Origin: Syntrophomonadaceae bacterium
GTDB taxonomy: Bacteria; Bacillota; Dethiobacteria; DTU022; UBA8154
Assembly: GCA_007135125.1 (NCBI GenBank)
Contig: SLJK01000053.1
Span: 3,974-67,973, forward strand
Direction of reading: 5' to 3'
DNA length: 64,000 bases
Shown here: positions 20,603 through 30,059 of the stretch, one piece after another
Numbering within the stretch: the stretch's first letter is position 1
How the letters are laid out: the number at the start of each line of letters is the position of its first letter
Program-made: the position numbers and the translations under genes
The notes under the pieces: generated by a model
What the model saw: only the letters and a program-made list of their open reading frames with translations
Told to the model about the DNA's origin: nothing
Database searches by the model: none

Positions 20603-22111
20603 TTACTCCACCTCGCCTTCTTCATCTTCATAAGGCGTTTCTTTAGTCTTAATATACATAAAAACAATCCCCAGAATTATAAGCACCGCCATCATACCCC
20701 ATCCTCCTACAATTTGCATAAAAGTGGGGTATCCTTCGTACGGTTCCCTGATACGCTCGATTAAATTAAGCGCCAGGAGCACAATTAGAACAATGGGGGT
20801 AATGAACTTGATGCAGACATCGAACCAGGCCCCGATACGAATTTCGGAAACCTCGTTGATCTGCTCCCGGATTTTATGAGCACCGTAGCCCCAACCGATA
20901 ACAAGACAGGTAAAAAGACCCACCAGAACCAGGCCAAATTGGTTAATAAAGAAATCAACCTGGTCCAACCAAAGCAGTCCGCCCCGTGAAATAAAAATCA
21001 GGCCTACCAAGAAGGCCAAACCGCTGACCAGAACTGCTGCCACCTTGCGGGTAAGATTAAACTTATCCATTACCGCGCTTAACACACTCTCCGTTAAAGA
21101 GAAGGCGGAGTCCAACCCCAGGGTGAAGATGGTTATAAAGAAAATTATTCCGATTAGCGCAGGAGCCACAGGCATAAGGCTGATAGCCTCGGGATAAGCC
21201 ACAAAAGCCAGGCCTACGCCTGAAGCAAGCACCTCATCTACCGGTACTCCCAACTGGCCGGCCATATAGCCGGTAACACTGAAAACAGCAATACCGGAGA
21301 TAAAGGCCGTAAAGGCATCGGCAAAGCTGGTCATTAAGGAATTGTTGGCTATATCCGAGTCTTTAGGTAAGTAACTGGCATAGGCGATGAGAATACCCAT
21401 GGCAAGGCTGAGCGTAAAAAAGACCTGCCCGTAAGCAGCCAGCCAAACCTGGGGGTTAGCCAGGGCAGCGAAATCAGGCTTAAGGTAGAAATTAAGACCT
21501 TCCGCGGCACCGGGTAAAGTCAGACCACGTACCATAAGTACTAATATAAGAATAAAAGGAAGAGGCATGGTAACCATGACCACCCTTCCCAATCCCTTTA
21601 CTCCGCTGAAAACAATAAAGAAGATGGCCAGCCAGCCCAGGATAAACCCCAGGATTAAAGCAGGAGAAAGACCAAAAAGTGAACCGAAGGCCCCTGCCTC
21701 CAGAACCGGCGATATACCCAAGACAGTATCATAAAAGAAAGTCTCGGCATCCATACCCCACTCCAGGGTAAAAGCCCCCCACAGGTAGCGTAGGGACCAA
21801 CCCAATATAGCCGCATAATAAGTTATTATACCAAAACCAGCCAGCACAGCCCACCAGCCTACAAATTCATAGGATGGGTTGGCTCTCTTCATAGCCAAAG
21901 GAGCAGCCCCGGCAAAACGTCTACCCAGGTTGAATTCCAGCATCATTAAAGGAATACCCGCCGTAACCAAAGCAACAAGGAACGGAATTAAGAAGGCCCC
22001 ACCACCGGAATCATAAACCACATAAGGGAACCTCCAAAGGTTACCCAACCCGACAGCTGAGCCGACGGCAGCGACCACAAAAGCGCCGCGCCAAGTCCAC
22101 CTTTCTCTCAT
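20603..22111 (-). CDS. Sodium-dependent transporter, NSS/SNF family
   Basis: GSAVGLGNLWRFPY, GGGAFLIP, AYGQVFFTLS, GLAFVAYP. Confidence 0.93.
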   Translation of the reverse strand: MRERWTWRGAFVVAAVGSAVGLGNLWRFPYVVYDSGGGAFLIPFLVALVTAGIPLMMLEFNLGRRFAGAAPLAMKRANPSYEFVGWWAVLAGFGIITYYAAILGWSLRYLWGAFTLEWGMDAETFFYDTVLGISPVLEAGAFGSLFGLSPALILGFILGWLAIFFIVFSGVKGLGRVVMVTMPLPFILILVLMVRGLTLPGAAEGLNFYLKPDFAALANPQVWLAAYGQVFFTLSLAMGILIAYASYLPKDSDIANNSLMTSFADAFTAFISGIAVFSVTGYMAGQLGVPVDEVLASGVGLAFVAYPEAISLMPVAPALIGIIFFITIFTLGLDSAFSLTESVLSAVMDKFNLTRKVAAVLVSGLAFLVGLIFISRGGLLWLDQVDFFINQFGLVLVGLFTCLVIGWGYGAHKIREQINEVSEIRIGAWFDVCIKFITPIVLIVLLALNLIERIREPYEGYPTFMQIVGGWGMMAVLIILGIVFMYIKTKETPYEDEEGEVE

Positions 22112-22241
22112 TATTTTCCCTCCTTAACTAAGTAATAAGGCACGCAAAAGTATTTAATTGTTCTTCCCCGGCACCTCCTTTCGACACCTTATACCTCGAA
22201 TAAACCTGTCTACAACACATGGCGCCTATATTCTACCAAAT

Positions 22242-22268
22242 ATTCTACCAAAAAAGTAAAATCCCTGC
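22242..22268 (-). promoter_or_regulatory. Putative sigma-H promoter of the NSS transporter
   Basis: GCAGGGATT-N14-GAAT; the -10 region is duplicated as a 12-bp tandem repeat (22228-22251). Confidence 0.45.
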
Positions 22269-22397
22269 TCCAACATGGGAAAAAATTTAATTTTTTCATT
22301 TTTTCAGAAATAAGTAGGGTGCAAAAAATAATCCCCCCTATCCTGTAACACCAGGCAGGGAGGAAAAAATGTTTCCCAAGTAGAATGTATACCAATA

Positions 22398-22730
22398 CTA
22401 TAGATTCTGCTCCACAATCCCACTGAGTTCGTCCTTTTTGCGGACACCTACCAAAGTCTCTAACACTTCGCCATTTTTAAAAAGAATCATGGTGGGGATA
22501 CTCATCACGCTATAGCGTGATGCTGTATCGGGGTTCTCGTCTACATTAACTTTGACAACTTTCAGCCTATCCTGGTACTCCTGCGCCATCTCTTCCAATA
22601 CCGGCGCTACCATACGACAAGGACCACACCAGGATGCCCAGAAATCTACCAGCACCGGAACGTTGGCTTCAATAACCTCTTCCTGAAACTGGTTGTCACT
22701 AATATCAACAGGTTTCCCGCTCATAATCAT
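22398..22730 (-). CDS. trxA: Thioredoxin
   Basis: VDFWASWCGPC, SIPT. Confidence 0.95.
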   Translation of the reverse strand: MIMSGKPVDISDNQFQEEVIEANVPVLVDFWASWCGPCRMVAPVLEEMAQEYQDRLKVVKVNVDENPDTASRYSVMSIPTMILFKNGEVLETLVGVRKKDELSGIVEQNL

Positions 22731-22809
22731 CCAGGTACTAAAATAATACCCGGATACACCTCCCTTCTTTTAATAATATTACCATAAATATCCCTGCTAA
22801 AAAAACTCT

Positions 22810-23745
22810 TTAACTCAAATACTTTATTGACATCGCAGCCGCTATAGCACCATCAGCAGCAGCGGTTAATACCTGACGCAGGTACTTACGACGTATATCT
22901 CCAGCAGCAAAAACCCCGGGCAATGCTGTTTCCATTTCTTCGTTGGTAATAATAAAACCTTGAGCATCTTTCTCTATACCTTCTATAAATTCGACATTCG
23001 GGATTCTTCCTACATAGAGAAAAGCTCCATCGGCAGGCAGCTCCTTAATCGAAGAATCCGCCAAATTTTCAACAATGATTTTTTCCACCTTCTGTTCTCC
23101 GCCAAACTCTTTTACAACACAATTCTTATGGAATTCGATCTTGGGGTTAGAAAACATCTTTTCCTGCAAGGACGGTATAGCCCTCAAATTTTCACGCCGG
23201 TGAATCAGATCAATTTTATCAACAAACCTGGTCAGGTAAAGTGCCTCTTCCACAGCCGAATCACCACCTCCGATTACAGCCACCCTTTTCTCCCGAAAAA
23301 AAGGGCCGTCACAGGTAGCACAGAAGGAAATTCCCCTGCCTCTAAGCTTCTCTTCTCCCGGGACTCCCAGGGTTCTGGGCGCTGTACCCGTGGCGATAAG
23401 TACAGTTCGACCGTGGAACTCTCCTTGTGCGGTAAAAACCCTTTTAATCTCTGCTTCCAATTCAACCTTTTCAACAGCTGCAAAATTCAACTCTGCGCCA
23501 AAGCGCTTTGCCTGTTTTTCCAATCGTTCTCCAAATTCTGCTCCACTAATTCCTTCGGGGAAGCCGGGGTAGTTATCTAACTGATCAGTGGCAGTGATTT
23601 CACCCCCACTAAGCATAGATTCCAGTACCAGGGTCTTTAAATTGGCACGACAGGCATAAATAGCCGCTGTAAGGCCAGCAGGTCCTGCTCCCAGAATGAT
23701 CATATCATATGTCTCGTTCTGGCTTTCTAATGAAGACAATATCAT
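22810..23745 (-). CDS. trxB: Thioredoxin reductase
   Basis: GAGPAG, CATCDG, GGGDSA, GVFAAGD. Confidence 0.95.
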   Translation of the reverse strand: MILSSLESQNETYDMIILGAGPAGLTAAIYACRANLKTLVLESMLSGGEITATDQLDNYPGFPEGISGAEFGERLEKQAKRFGAELNFAAVEKVELEAEIKRVFTAQGEFHGRTVLIATGTAPRTLGVPGEEKLRGRGISFCATCDGPFFREKRVAVIGGGDSAVEEALYLTRFVDKIDLIHRRENLRAIPSLQEKMFSNPKIEFHKNCVVKEFGGEQKVEKIIVENLADSSIKELPADGAFLYVGRIPNVEFIEGIEKDAQGFIITNEEMETALPGVFAAGDIRRKYLRQVLTAAADGAIAAAMSIKYLS

Positions 23746-23781
23746 AGCCCCTTTCTACTGCCATTTTTTATATTTCCTAAA

Positions 23782-24099
23782 TTATTTATTTTCAAAACCC
23801 TCTATAGATATTACTTTGTTTAGCTGGATAAGGGTGAACATTTTCATCACATAATCATTCGTAATATTTACAATCCGCAGCTCCCCTCCCCGCTCCCTGA
23901 GTTTTTTTTGGAATAAAAGCAGCTTGCCCAGGCCTGAGCTGTCTATACTCTGCACATTTGAAAAATCTATTGTTACTGTATTATAACCTTCATCATATAA
24001 AGATAAAAGTGTATTTTTGAGGTCTTGCGAATTCGTAATATCCACTCTACCCCCAGGCTTAACAACCGCTGCATTTTCTTCTTGCTTCTCAACTTCCAT
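23782..24099 (-). CDS. STAS-domain anti-sigma-factor antagonist
   Basis: IDSSGLG phosphoacceptor motif; 105 aa. Confidence 0.85.
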   Translation of the reverse strand: MEVEKQEENAAVVKPGGRVDITNSQDLKNTLLSLYDEGYNTVTIDFSNVQSIDSSGLGKLLLFQKKLRERGGELRIVNITNDYVMKMFTLIQLNKVISIEGFENK

Positions 24100-24134
24100 G
24101 GTGAATAATCCCCCTTAAAAATAGTTAATTTGTA

Positions 24135-24161
24135 ATTCCACAAAAATTTAAAATATCCTCC
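24135..24161 (-). promoter_or_regulatory. Putative sigma-H promoter of STAS-trxB-trxA
   Basis: GGAGGATAT-N14-GAAT. Confidence 0.5.
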
Positions 24162-24349
24162 CCGTGAAAAAGAGCTATCTGAAAATCTGAAAAGTGCCTT
24201 AAGAACTTTCACTTAAAGAAGGGGAAAAGTAAACACCATAGAAGTTATGTAGAGTATATTATTGCCACAGCTTTGCAGTTAATTTTCCAGATACTATCTG
24301 GAAAAAGTAATTCGAAACGTCTTATTTCTAAAAGGAGCCTGCATTTATA

Positions 24350-26068
24350 ATGAAAGAAACAGACTGGGAAAAGCTTTACCAGGAATGGTTAAACAGCCCC
24401 TACATTGACCTGGAGACCAAAAAAGAGCTGGAATCCCTGGCTCAATTTCCAGCCCTAATAAAGGAACGCTTCAGCGAGGAACTGGAATTTGGAACAGGAG
24501 GCCTGAGAGGTCTAACCGGGGCCGGGACCAATAGAATGAACAAATATATTGTACGCCGTGCCTCTCAGGGCCTGGCCAACTTTATTTTATCCAGGTTTCC
24601 TGAAAAAACTGATAAAAAAGTAGCTATCACGTACGACTCACGACATTTTTCTTTGGAATTTGCCCGGGAAGCAGCGCTGGTTTTTGCTGCCAACGGTATC
24701 AAGGCTCTACTTTTTGAAGAAATGCGCCCCACACCCCAGCTATCTTTTGCAATAAGAGAATTAGACTGCCTGGCCGGAATAGTGATAACTGCCAGCCACA
24801 ACCCGTCTGCATACAACGGTTACAAAGTATATGGAGCAGACGGGGGTCAGGTAGTGCCTTACCTGGCTGATCAAATTACTTCCGCTATTAGAAAGGTAAA
24901 TTTTTTCAACGGAGTTAAAACCATGACCCGTCAAGAAGCAGAGGATAATGGGCTTCTGGCCATGATCAGCAGTGATTTCGATAATACTTACCTGGAAAAA
25001 GTAAAAGCACTTGCTTTTCAAGAGGGTAACAAACACTTAAAAATAGTATACTCTCCCCTTCACGGCACGGGTATTTTTCTGATTCCACGAATGCTAAAAG
25101 AATTAGGTTATTCCCAGGTATTTGTCGTTGAAGAACAGGCCCGTCCCGATCCTGATTTCAGCACGGTGCGGTATCCTAATCCGGAAGATAAAGAGGCTTT
25201 TGCCCTGGCCCTTGATCTATCTTCTAAGAAGGAAGCTGACTTAGTTCTGGCTACTGATCCTGATGCAGATAGAGTCGGTTGTGCTGTGAAAAATGAAGCA
25301 GGAAACTATACCCTTTTAAGCGGCAATCAGTTGGGAGCGTTATTGCTGGATTATATACTTAAACAGCTCCAAGCAACAGGTATGCTGCCCCCTGACGGGG
25401 CAATGGTTAAAACGATCGTTACCAGCAACCTGGGCAGGGAAATTGCCAATTATTACGGGATTGAAACAGTGGAAACTCTGACAGGATTCAAATATATCGG
25501 AGAAAAGATTAAAGAATTCGAAGAAAAAAAAGAGCGCCAGTTTCTCTTCGGTTACGAAGAGAGCTTTGGTTATCTGTGCGGCACTTTTGTGCGTGACAAA
25601 GATGCGGTAATTGCCTCCCTCCTCACTGCGGATATGCTAAACTATTATCAAAAAGAAGGCAAAAACATACTTTCAGTACTGGAAGATATATACCTTAAAT
25701 ACGGCTATTTTGTGGAAGACCTCCACGCTGTGGAATTTGAAAAAACGTCCCAAATGAAGAGCATGCTGGCCAAATTCAGGGAAACACAGCTGGAAAATAT
25801 ATCCGGGCTCCGCGTAGTTGAAAAAAGAGACTACAAGCAGCGCCTCAAATGGAAGCTGTCAGAAAAAACCAAGGAAGAACTAAGCCTCCCCTCATCTGAC
25901 ACCCTCTACTATGTGCTGCAGGACGGATCCTGGTTTTGTATCCGCCCCTCCGGAACAGAGCCAAAGGTGAAGCTTTACTTTTCTGTTAAGGGCAATTCAC
26001 GAAAGGAAGCAGAGCAAAAATTGGACCACTTGAAAAATGACATTTTAAACTTCGCAAGCAAACGATAG
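24350..26068 (+). CDS. pgcA: Phosphoglucomutase/phosphomannomutase
   Basis: FGTGGLRG, TASHNP, DPDADR, GYEESFG, RPSGTEPK. Confidence 0.9.
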   Translation: MKETDWEKLYQEWLNSPYIDLETKKELESLAQFPALIKERFSEELEFGTGGLRGLTGAGTNRMNKYIVRRASQGLANFILSRFPEKTDKKVAITYDSRHFSLEFAREAALVFAANGIKALLFEEMRPTPQLSFAIRELDCLAGIVITASHNPSAYNGYKVYGADGGQVVPYLADQITSAIRKVNFFNGVKTMTRQEAEDNGLLAMISSDFDNTYLEKVKALAFQEGNKHLKIVYSPLHGTGIFLIPRMLKELGYSQVFVVEEQARPDPDFSTVRYPNPEDKEAFALALDLSSKKEADLVLATDPDADRVGCAVKNEAGNYTLLSGNQLGALLLDYILKQLQATGMLPPDGAMVKTIVTSNLGREIANYYGIETVETLTGFKYIGEKIKEFEEKKERQFLFGYEESFGYLCGTFVRDKDAVIASLLTADMLNYYQKEGKNILSVLEDIYLKYGYFVEDLHAVEFEKTSQMKSMLAKFRETQLENISGLRVVEKRDYKQRLKWKLSEKTKEELSLPSSDTLYYVLQDGSWFCIRPSGTEPKVKLYFSVKGNSRKEAEQKLDHLKNDILNFASKR

Positions 26069-26111
26069 TCAACAATAGCCAACGATAAATCTTCTTTTTT
26101 AATTTCTGTAT

Positions 26112-26140
26112 TCGACAAAGTGTCTTTTCTATGCTATAAT
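26112..26140 (+). promoter_or_regulatory. Sigma-A promoter of nfu
   Basis: TCGACA-N17-TATAAT with TG extension. Confidence 0.65.
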
Positions 26141-26275
26141 TAAGCCAGTTGCATCCCAGAAAGACAAATAAGATATAGTGAAAAAATAAGGAATTACGCT
26201 GAAAAACAACTGTTTACTTTTTGGGACTACAGCATAAATAATAATTATCAGAAAACTAAGGAGGTTTTATTCCCA

Positions 26276-26497
26276 ATGAGAGAGAAAGTGGAAACTGCCC
26301 TGGAAAAAATCCGTCCCGCCCTTCAGGCCGATGGCGGAGATGTATCCCTAATTGCAGTTGAAGAGGACGGTACTGTTAAGGTACAGTTAACCGGCGCCTG
26401 CGGGAGCTGCCCCATGTCTACCATGACCCTGAAGCAGGGTATTGAAAGGCTGCTTAAAGAACAGGTTCCCGGTGTTAAAGAAGTCCTCCAAGTTTAA
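26276..26497 (+). CDS. NifU C-terminal domain (Nfu-type) Fe-S carrier
   Basis: IRPALQADGGD, GACGSCPMS. Confidence 0.92.
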   Translation: MREKVETALEKIRPALQADGGDVSLIAVEEDGTVKVQLTGACGSCPMSTMTLKQGIERLLKEQVPGVKEVLQV

Positions 26498-26535
26498 ATA
26501 ATCTATCCCAAATACGCTCTATTCAATAGTTACTT

Positions 26536-26562
26536 AAAAGCCGGAACTCTCCGGCTTTTTTT
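26536..26562 (+). terminator. Intrinsic terminator after nfu
   Basis: aaaagccgga-actc-tccggctttttt. Confidence 0.85.
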
Positions 26563-26677
26563 ATATATGAGTTGATTATATGCTGCTTATCTGGCACAAT
26601 AAAAAGAGAAATTATTAATCCAGGAAAAAGCCACATTATAAATTGCAACAGGCCCATAACCAGGAAGGAATTATCTT

Positions 26678-27856
26678 ATGGCCCTTTTACTGATTCGTTA
26701 CGGGGAAATTGCCCTTAAAGGCAAAAACAGGCCTTTTTTCGAAAAAAAACTGCATAAAAATATTCGGAACACCTTAAAGGGCCTGGAGCCTTTCCAGGTT
26801 ACTTTTGAAAAAGGCCGCTACTTTATCTCCATTCCTTCTGAAAAAATATCTCAAGCCCAGGAAAGGCTGCAGAAGGTTTTCGGAATCATTTCCATCTCCA
26901 GAGCAGTAAGAGTAAGCCTGGACCTTCAAGAAATATGCGCTGAGGCACTGCAATTGTTAAAAGACAATTATAAGCCGGGGATGAGCTTTAAAGTTAACAC
27001 GCGCCGTTCCAACAAATCTTTTCACCTTACTTCACCAAAAATAAACAGCACTGTCGGAGCGTATATTTTAGAGAGTGGACTGGATATTCAGGTAGATGTT
27101 CATAACCCTCAGCTGCTGCTTACAGTTGAAATAAGAAACAAAGGTGCTTACCTTTGCGCAGCAGAAGCCGCTGGCCCCGGTGGACTCCCTGTAGGTGTAA
27201 ACGGCAAAGGGATACTGCTGCTTTCAGGAGGTCTTGACAGCCCGGTGGCCGGATGGATGGCTTTGAAAAGGGGAATAGAGCTAGAGGCACTCTACTTTCA
27301 TAGCCCGCCCTTTACAGGAGAAGGCGCTGTCAATAAAGCAGTTGATCTATGCAAAGTACTGGCCACTTACGGGGACCCCCTGTATCTTCACCTTGCCCCC
27401 TTCACAGAACTGCAGAAACAGATCCGGCTTAACTGTCCTGAATCCCTGATGATCACGCTGATGCGAAGATCCATGCTCCGTGTTGCTGATAAACTTGCTT
27501 ATCAAAGGAAAGCGGGTGTGCTTTTTACCGGCGAAAGTCTGGGGCAGGTTTCCAGCCAGACACTGGAAAACCTTGCGGCCACTAATGAGGTCGCCTCTTT
27601 ACCCATCTTAAGACCCCTGATCGGATTCGACAAAGAGGAAATTATTGACCGTGCCCGAAAAATTGAATCCTACGATATATCTACACGCCCCTTTGAAGAT
27701 TGCTGCACCCTTTTTGTGCCTCCACATCCCGCAACCAGGCCTTCTATTGCTGAACTTCAAGAGGCTGAAAAAGTGATTCCCCTCAAAGAACTGGAAGAAT
27801 CCTGCCTGGGAAACATAGAAACAATAAAGATTTTACCGCGGGGAGGAGAAAGGTAA
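26678..27856 (+). CDS. thiI: tRNA 4-thiouridine synthase
   Basis: RYGEIALKGKNR, THUMP domain, SGGLDS PP-loop, GESLGQVSSQT, EDCC. Confidence 0.93.
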   Translation: MALLLIRYGEIALKGKNRPFFEKKLHKNIRNTLKGLEPFQVTFEKGRYFISIPSEKISQAQERLQKVFGIISISRAVRVSLDLQEICAEALQLLKDNYKPGMSFKVNTRRSNKSFHLTSPKINSTVGAYILESGLDIQVDVHNPQLLLTVEIRNKGAYLCAAEAAGPGGLPVGVNGKGILLLSGGLDSPVAGWMALKRGIELEALYFHSPPFTGEGAVNKAVDLCKVLATYGDPLYLHLAPFTELQKQIRLNCPESLMITLMRRSMLRVADKLAYQRKAGVLFTGESLGQVSSQTLENLAATNEVASLPILRPLIGFDKEEIIDRARKIESYDISTRPFEDCCTLFVPPHPATRPSIAELQEAEKVIPLKELEESCLGNIETIKILPRGGER

Positions 27857-27859
27857 GAA

Positions 27860-29023
27860 ATGATGGCCCGGGAAGTATACCTCGATAACAGCTCTACTAC
27901 CCCCATGCACCCCGAGGTGCTAAAAGAAATGCAAACTTTACTGGAAAGAAAATACGGAAACCCTTCCTCCCTGCACCGCCTGGGTAACGATGCTGAAAGA
28001 ACTCTTAGTTCTTCTCGCCAGCTGTTGGCAGAACAGCTGGGGGTAAAAAGTGGGGAAATTTATTTTACTTCCGGCGGGACAGAATCCAACAATATGGCTC
28101 TAGCGGGGATAGCCCGCCGCAATTACAGGCGCGGCAAGCACCTGTTAACTTCCAAAATAGAACATCCCTCTGTGCTGGAACCACTAAAAAAACTAGAAGT
28201 GGAAGGTTTTCAGGTTACTTACCTTGAACCTGACCGTAATGGCCTTCTTGACCCTTTTCAGCTTGCCGAAACAGTAACCCCAAAAACAATACTGGTAAGC
28301 GTAATGCACGTCAATAATGAAATCGGCACCATCCAGCCTATCGCAGAAATTGCGGCCGCTATCAAACGAAAAAATCCACAAACCATAGTACATGTGGATG
28401 CGGTACAGTCATTTACAAGGCTTCCTCTATCCCCACGAGAACAGGGGATAGATGTTCTCAGCATAAGTGCCCATAAATTTCACGGACCCAAAGGTACCGG
28501 CGCCCTTTATATCCGTGGAGGTATACTGGTGGAGCCATTATTAGCAGGAGGCGAGCAAGAAAAGGGATTGCGGGCAGGCACAGAGAATACACCCGGCATC
28601 GCTGCCATGGCTTTGGCGGCCCGTCTGAACAGTGAGAACAGGAAAGAGAAAACCGCCCAGTCGAAAATTTTCAAGGAAAAGATGCTATCCTCTATTGAAA
28701 CGGCACATCCCTGGGCACAGATCAACGGCCCACGTAAAGCCGAAGGTGTACCTAATATACTCAATATTTCTTTCCCGGGGCTTAAAGGAGAAATTATCCT
28801 GCACGCCCTGGAAGAACATAATATTTTTGTTTCTACCGGCTCTGCCTGCCATTCCAGAAAAAATAAGCCCAGCCATGTTCTGGAAGCGATCGGCGCAGAA
28901 AAGGCCGCCCTGGATGGAGCTATTAGAATAAGCTTTTCCAGTATGAATACCCCGGAAGAAATAGAGTACGCCGCTTCCAAAATTCCGCAGGTTATTTCGG
29001 AACTTAAAGCTTTTATGAGCTAA
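27860..29023 (+). CDS. iscS: Cysteine desulfurase (IscS/NifZ type)
   Basis: YLDNSSTT, FTSGGTE, SAHKFHGPKG, STGSAC; coupled to thiI. Confidence 0.88.
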   Translation: MMAREVYLDNSSTTPMHPEVLKEMQTLLERKYGNPSSLHRLGNDAERTLSSSRQLLAEQLGVKSGEIYFTSGGTESNNMALAGIARRNYRRGKHLLTSKIEHPSVLEPLKKLEVEGFQVTYLEPDRNGLLDPFQLAETVTPKTILVSVMHVNNEIGTIQPIAEIAAAIKRKNPQTIVHVDAVQSFTRLPLSPREQGIDVLSISAHKFHGPKGTGALYIRGGILVEPLLAGGEQEKGLRAGTENTPGIAAMALAARLNSENRKEKTAQSKIFKEKMLSSIETAHPWAQINGPRKAEGVPNILNISFPGLKGEIILHALEEHNIFVSTGSACHSRKNKPSHVLEAIGAEKAALDGAIRISFSSMNTPEEIEYAASKIPQVISELKAFMS

Positions 29024-29329
29024 AAGGTTGTTCACCTAGAATACTTTTATAATGCAGAGTAGCGTTAAAATAGCTCTTTTTTTGTTGCAATAAATTTAAG
29101 ACACACTCTCTCAAATGAAGGAACGATAGAGATCTTGTAAATTTTACACGACTAGAAAATTATGATAAGATAAATATAAAGAAGGTTGAATAATGAAAAT
29201 TCTTTTGGCAAGAGATTCAAATAGGTGGTAGCAACTGCTTAGCTAACCATTCATCTCCACAAAATCTAAGAAAAATGGAAAGATCAAAAGCATAATTGTA
29301 AAATAATGAGATAGGGAGGTGACGCAAAG

Positions 29330-29416
29330 GTGGATTGGAATATTATTTTTATCGGCTTATTCATCATGGCACTTATCATAAGTATAATAGTAGCAAAAGA
29401 TAATCCCACCGATTAA
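29330..29416 (+). CDS. Small single-TM protein, 28 aa (absent from the ORF track)
   Basis: GGGAGGTGA SD, GTG start, MDWNIIFIGLFIMALIISIIVAKDNPTD. Confidence 0.55.
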   Translation: MDWNIIFIGLFIMALIISIIVAKDNPTD

Positions 29417-29493
29417 ACTTAAGGTAAACCGTATTCCGACATTATTTGCCATACTCCCCCCAAAAAGCTTATTATTGCTTTCCTGGCTGAAGT

Positions 29494-29958
29494 TTATTTA
29501 ACAACCAACACCTTTTTTTCACAATTCTGCACGACTGCATTACTAACACTTCCCAGCATTATACCCCAACCATCTCCTCTGCCTCTACTGCCAATTACAA
29601 CCAAATCAAAATTTCCTTTTGTAGCTGCCTCACATATAGTTTTTGCAGGGTGCCCTTCTTTTAACATTGTACTTACCTCAATATTTTTTCTTTTAAAAAC
29701 CTCTGCAGCGGTCTCCAAAACCTTTTTTCTTTCTTTACTCTCCTTCTCATCCAGGTTTTCCAAATGTTTACGCATTTCCGTTTCAGTTACGGCTGATTCA
29801 CCATCAGATAAATACCACGATGATTTAGCATATTTTCTCTTATACGTATGAAGCAGTGTAATAACAGCAACTTCTTTCATAGCCTCAGCAAGTTTGGCCG
29901 CTTCTTCTACCACTCGATTACTATTTTCAGAACCATCTGTGCAAACTAAAATTTTCAT
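29494..29958 (-). CDS. Universal stress protein (UspA family)
   Basis: KILVCTDGS, GHPA..I, DLVVIGSRG, LGSVS, VLVVK. Confidence 0.92.
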   Translation of the reverse strand: MKILVCTDGSENSNRVVEEAAKLAEAMKEVAVITLLHTYKRKYAKSSWYLSDGESAVTETEMRKHLENLDEKESKERKKVLETAAEVFKRKNIEVSTMLKEGHPAKTICEAATKGNFDLVVIGSRGRGDGWGIMLGSVSNAVVQNCEKKVLVVK

Positions 29959-30009
29959 AGAAGTATTCCTCCTTTCCCATATTATCTGTCAAAGCAGGTT
30001 GTTATTTTA

Positions 30010-30036
30010 ATTCCATAATTATTCGAATAATCCTGC
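30010..30036 (-). promoter_or_regulatory. Putative sigma-H promoter of usp
   Basis: GCAGGATTA-N14-GAAT. Confidence 0.5.
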
Positions 30037-30059
30037 CTGTTACAAATTAACGCTATTAA

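Noticed and set aside
22295..22315. Possible CodY box upstream of the NSS transporter
   Set aside because: About five mismatches to AATTTTCWGAAAATT in an AT-rich tract.
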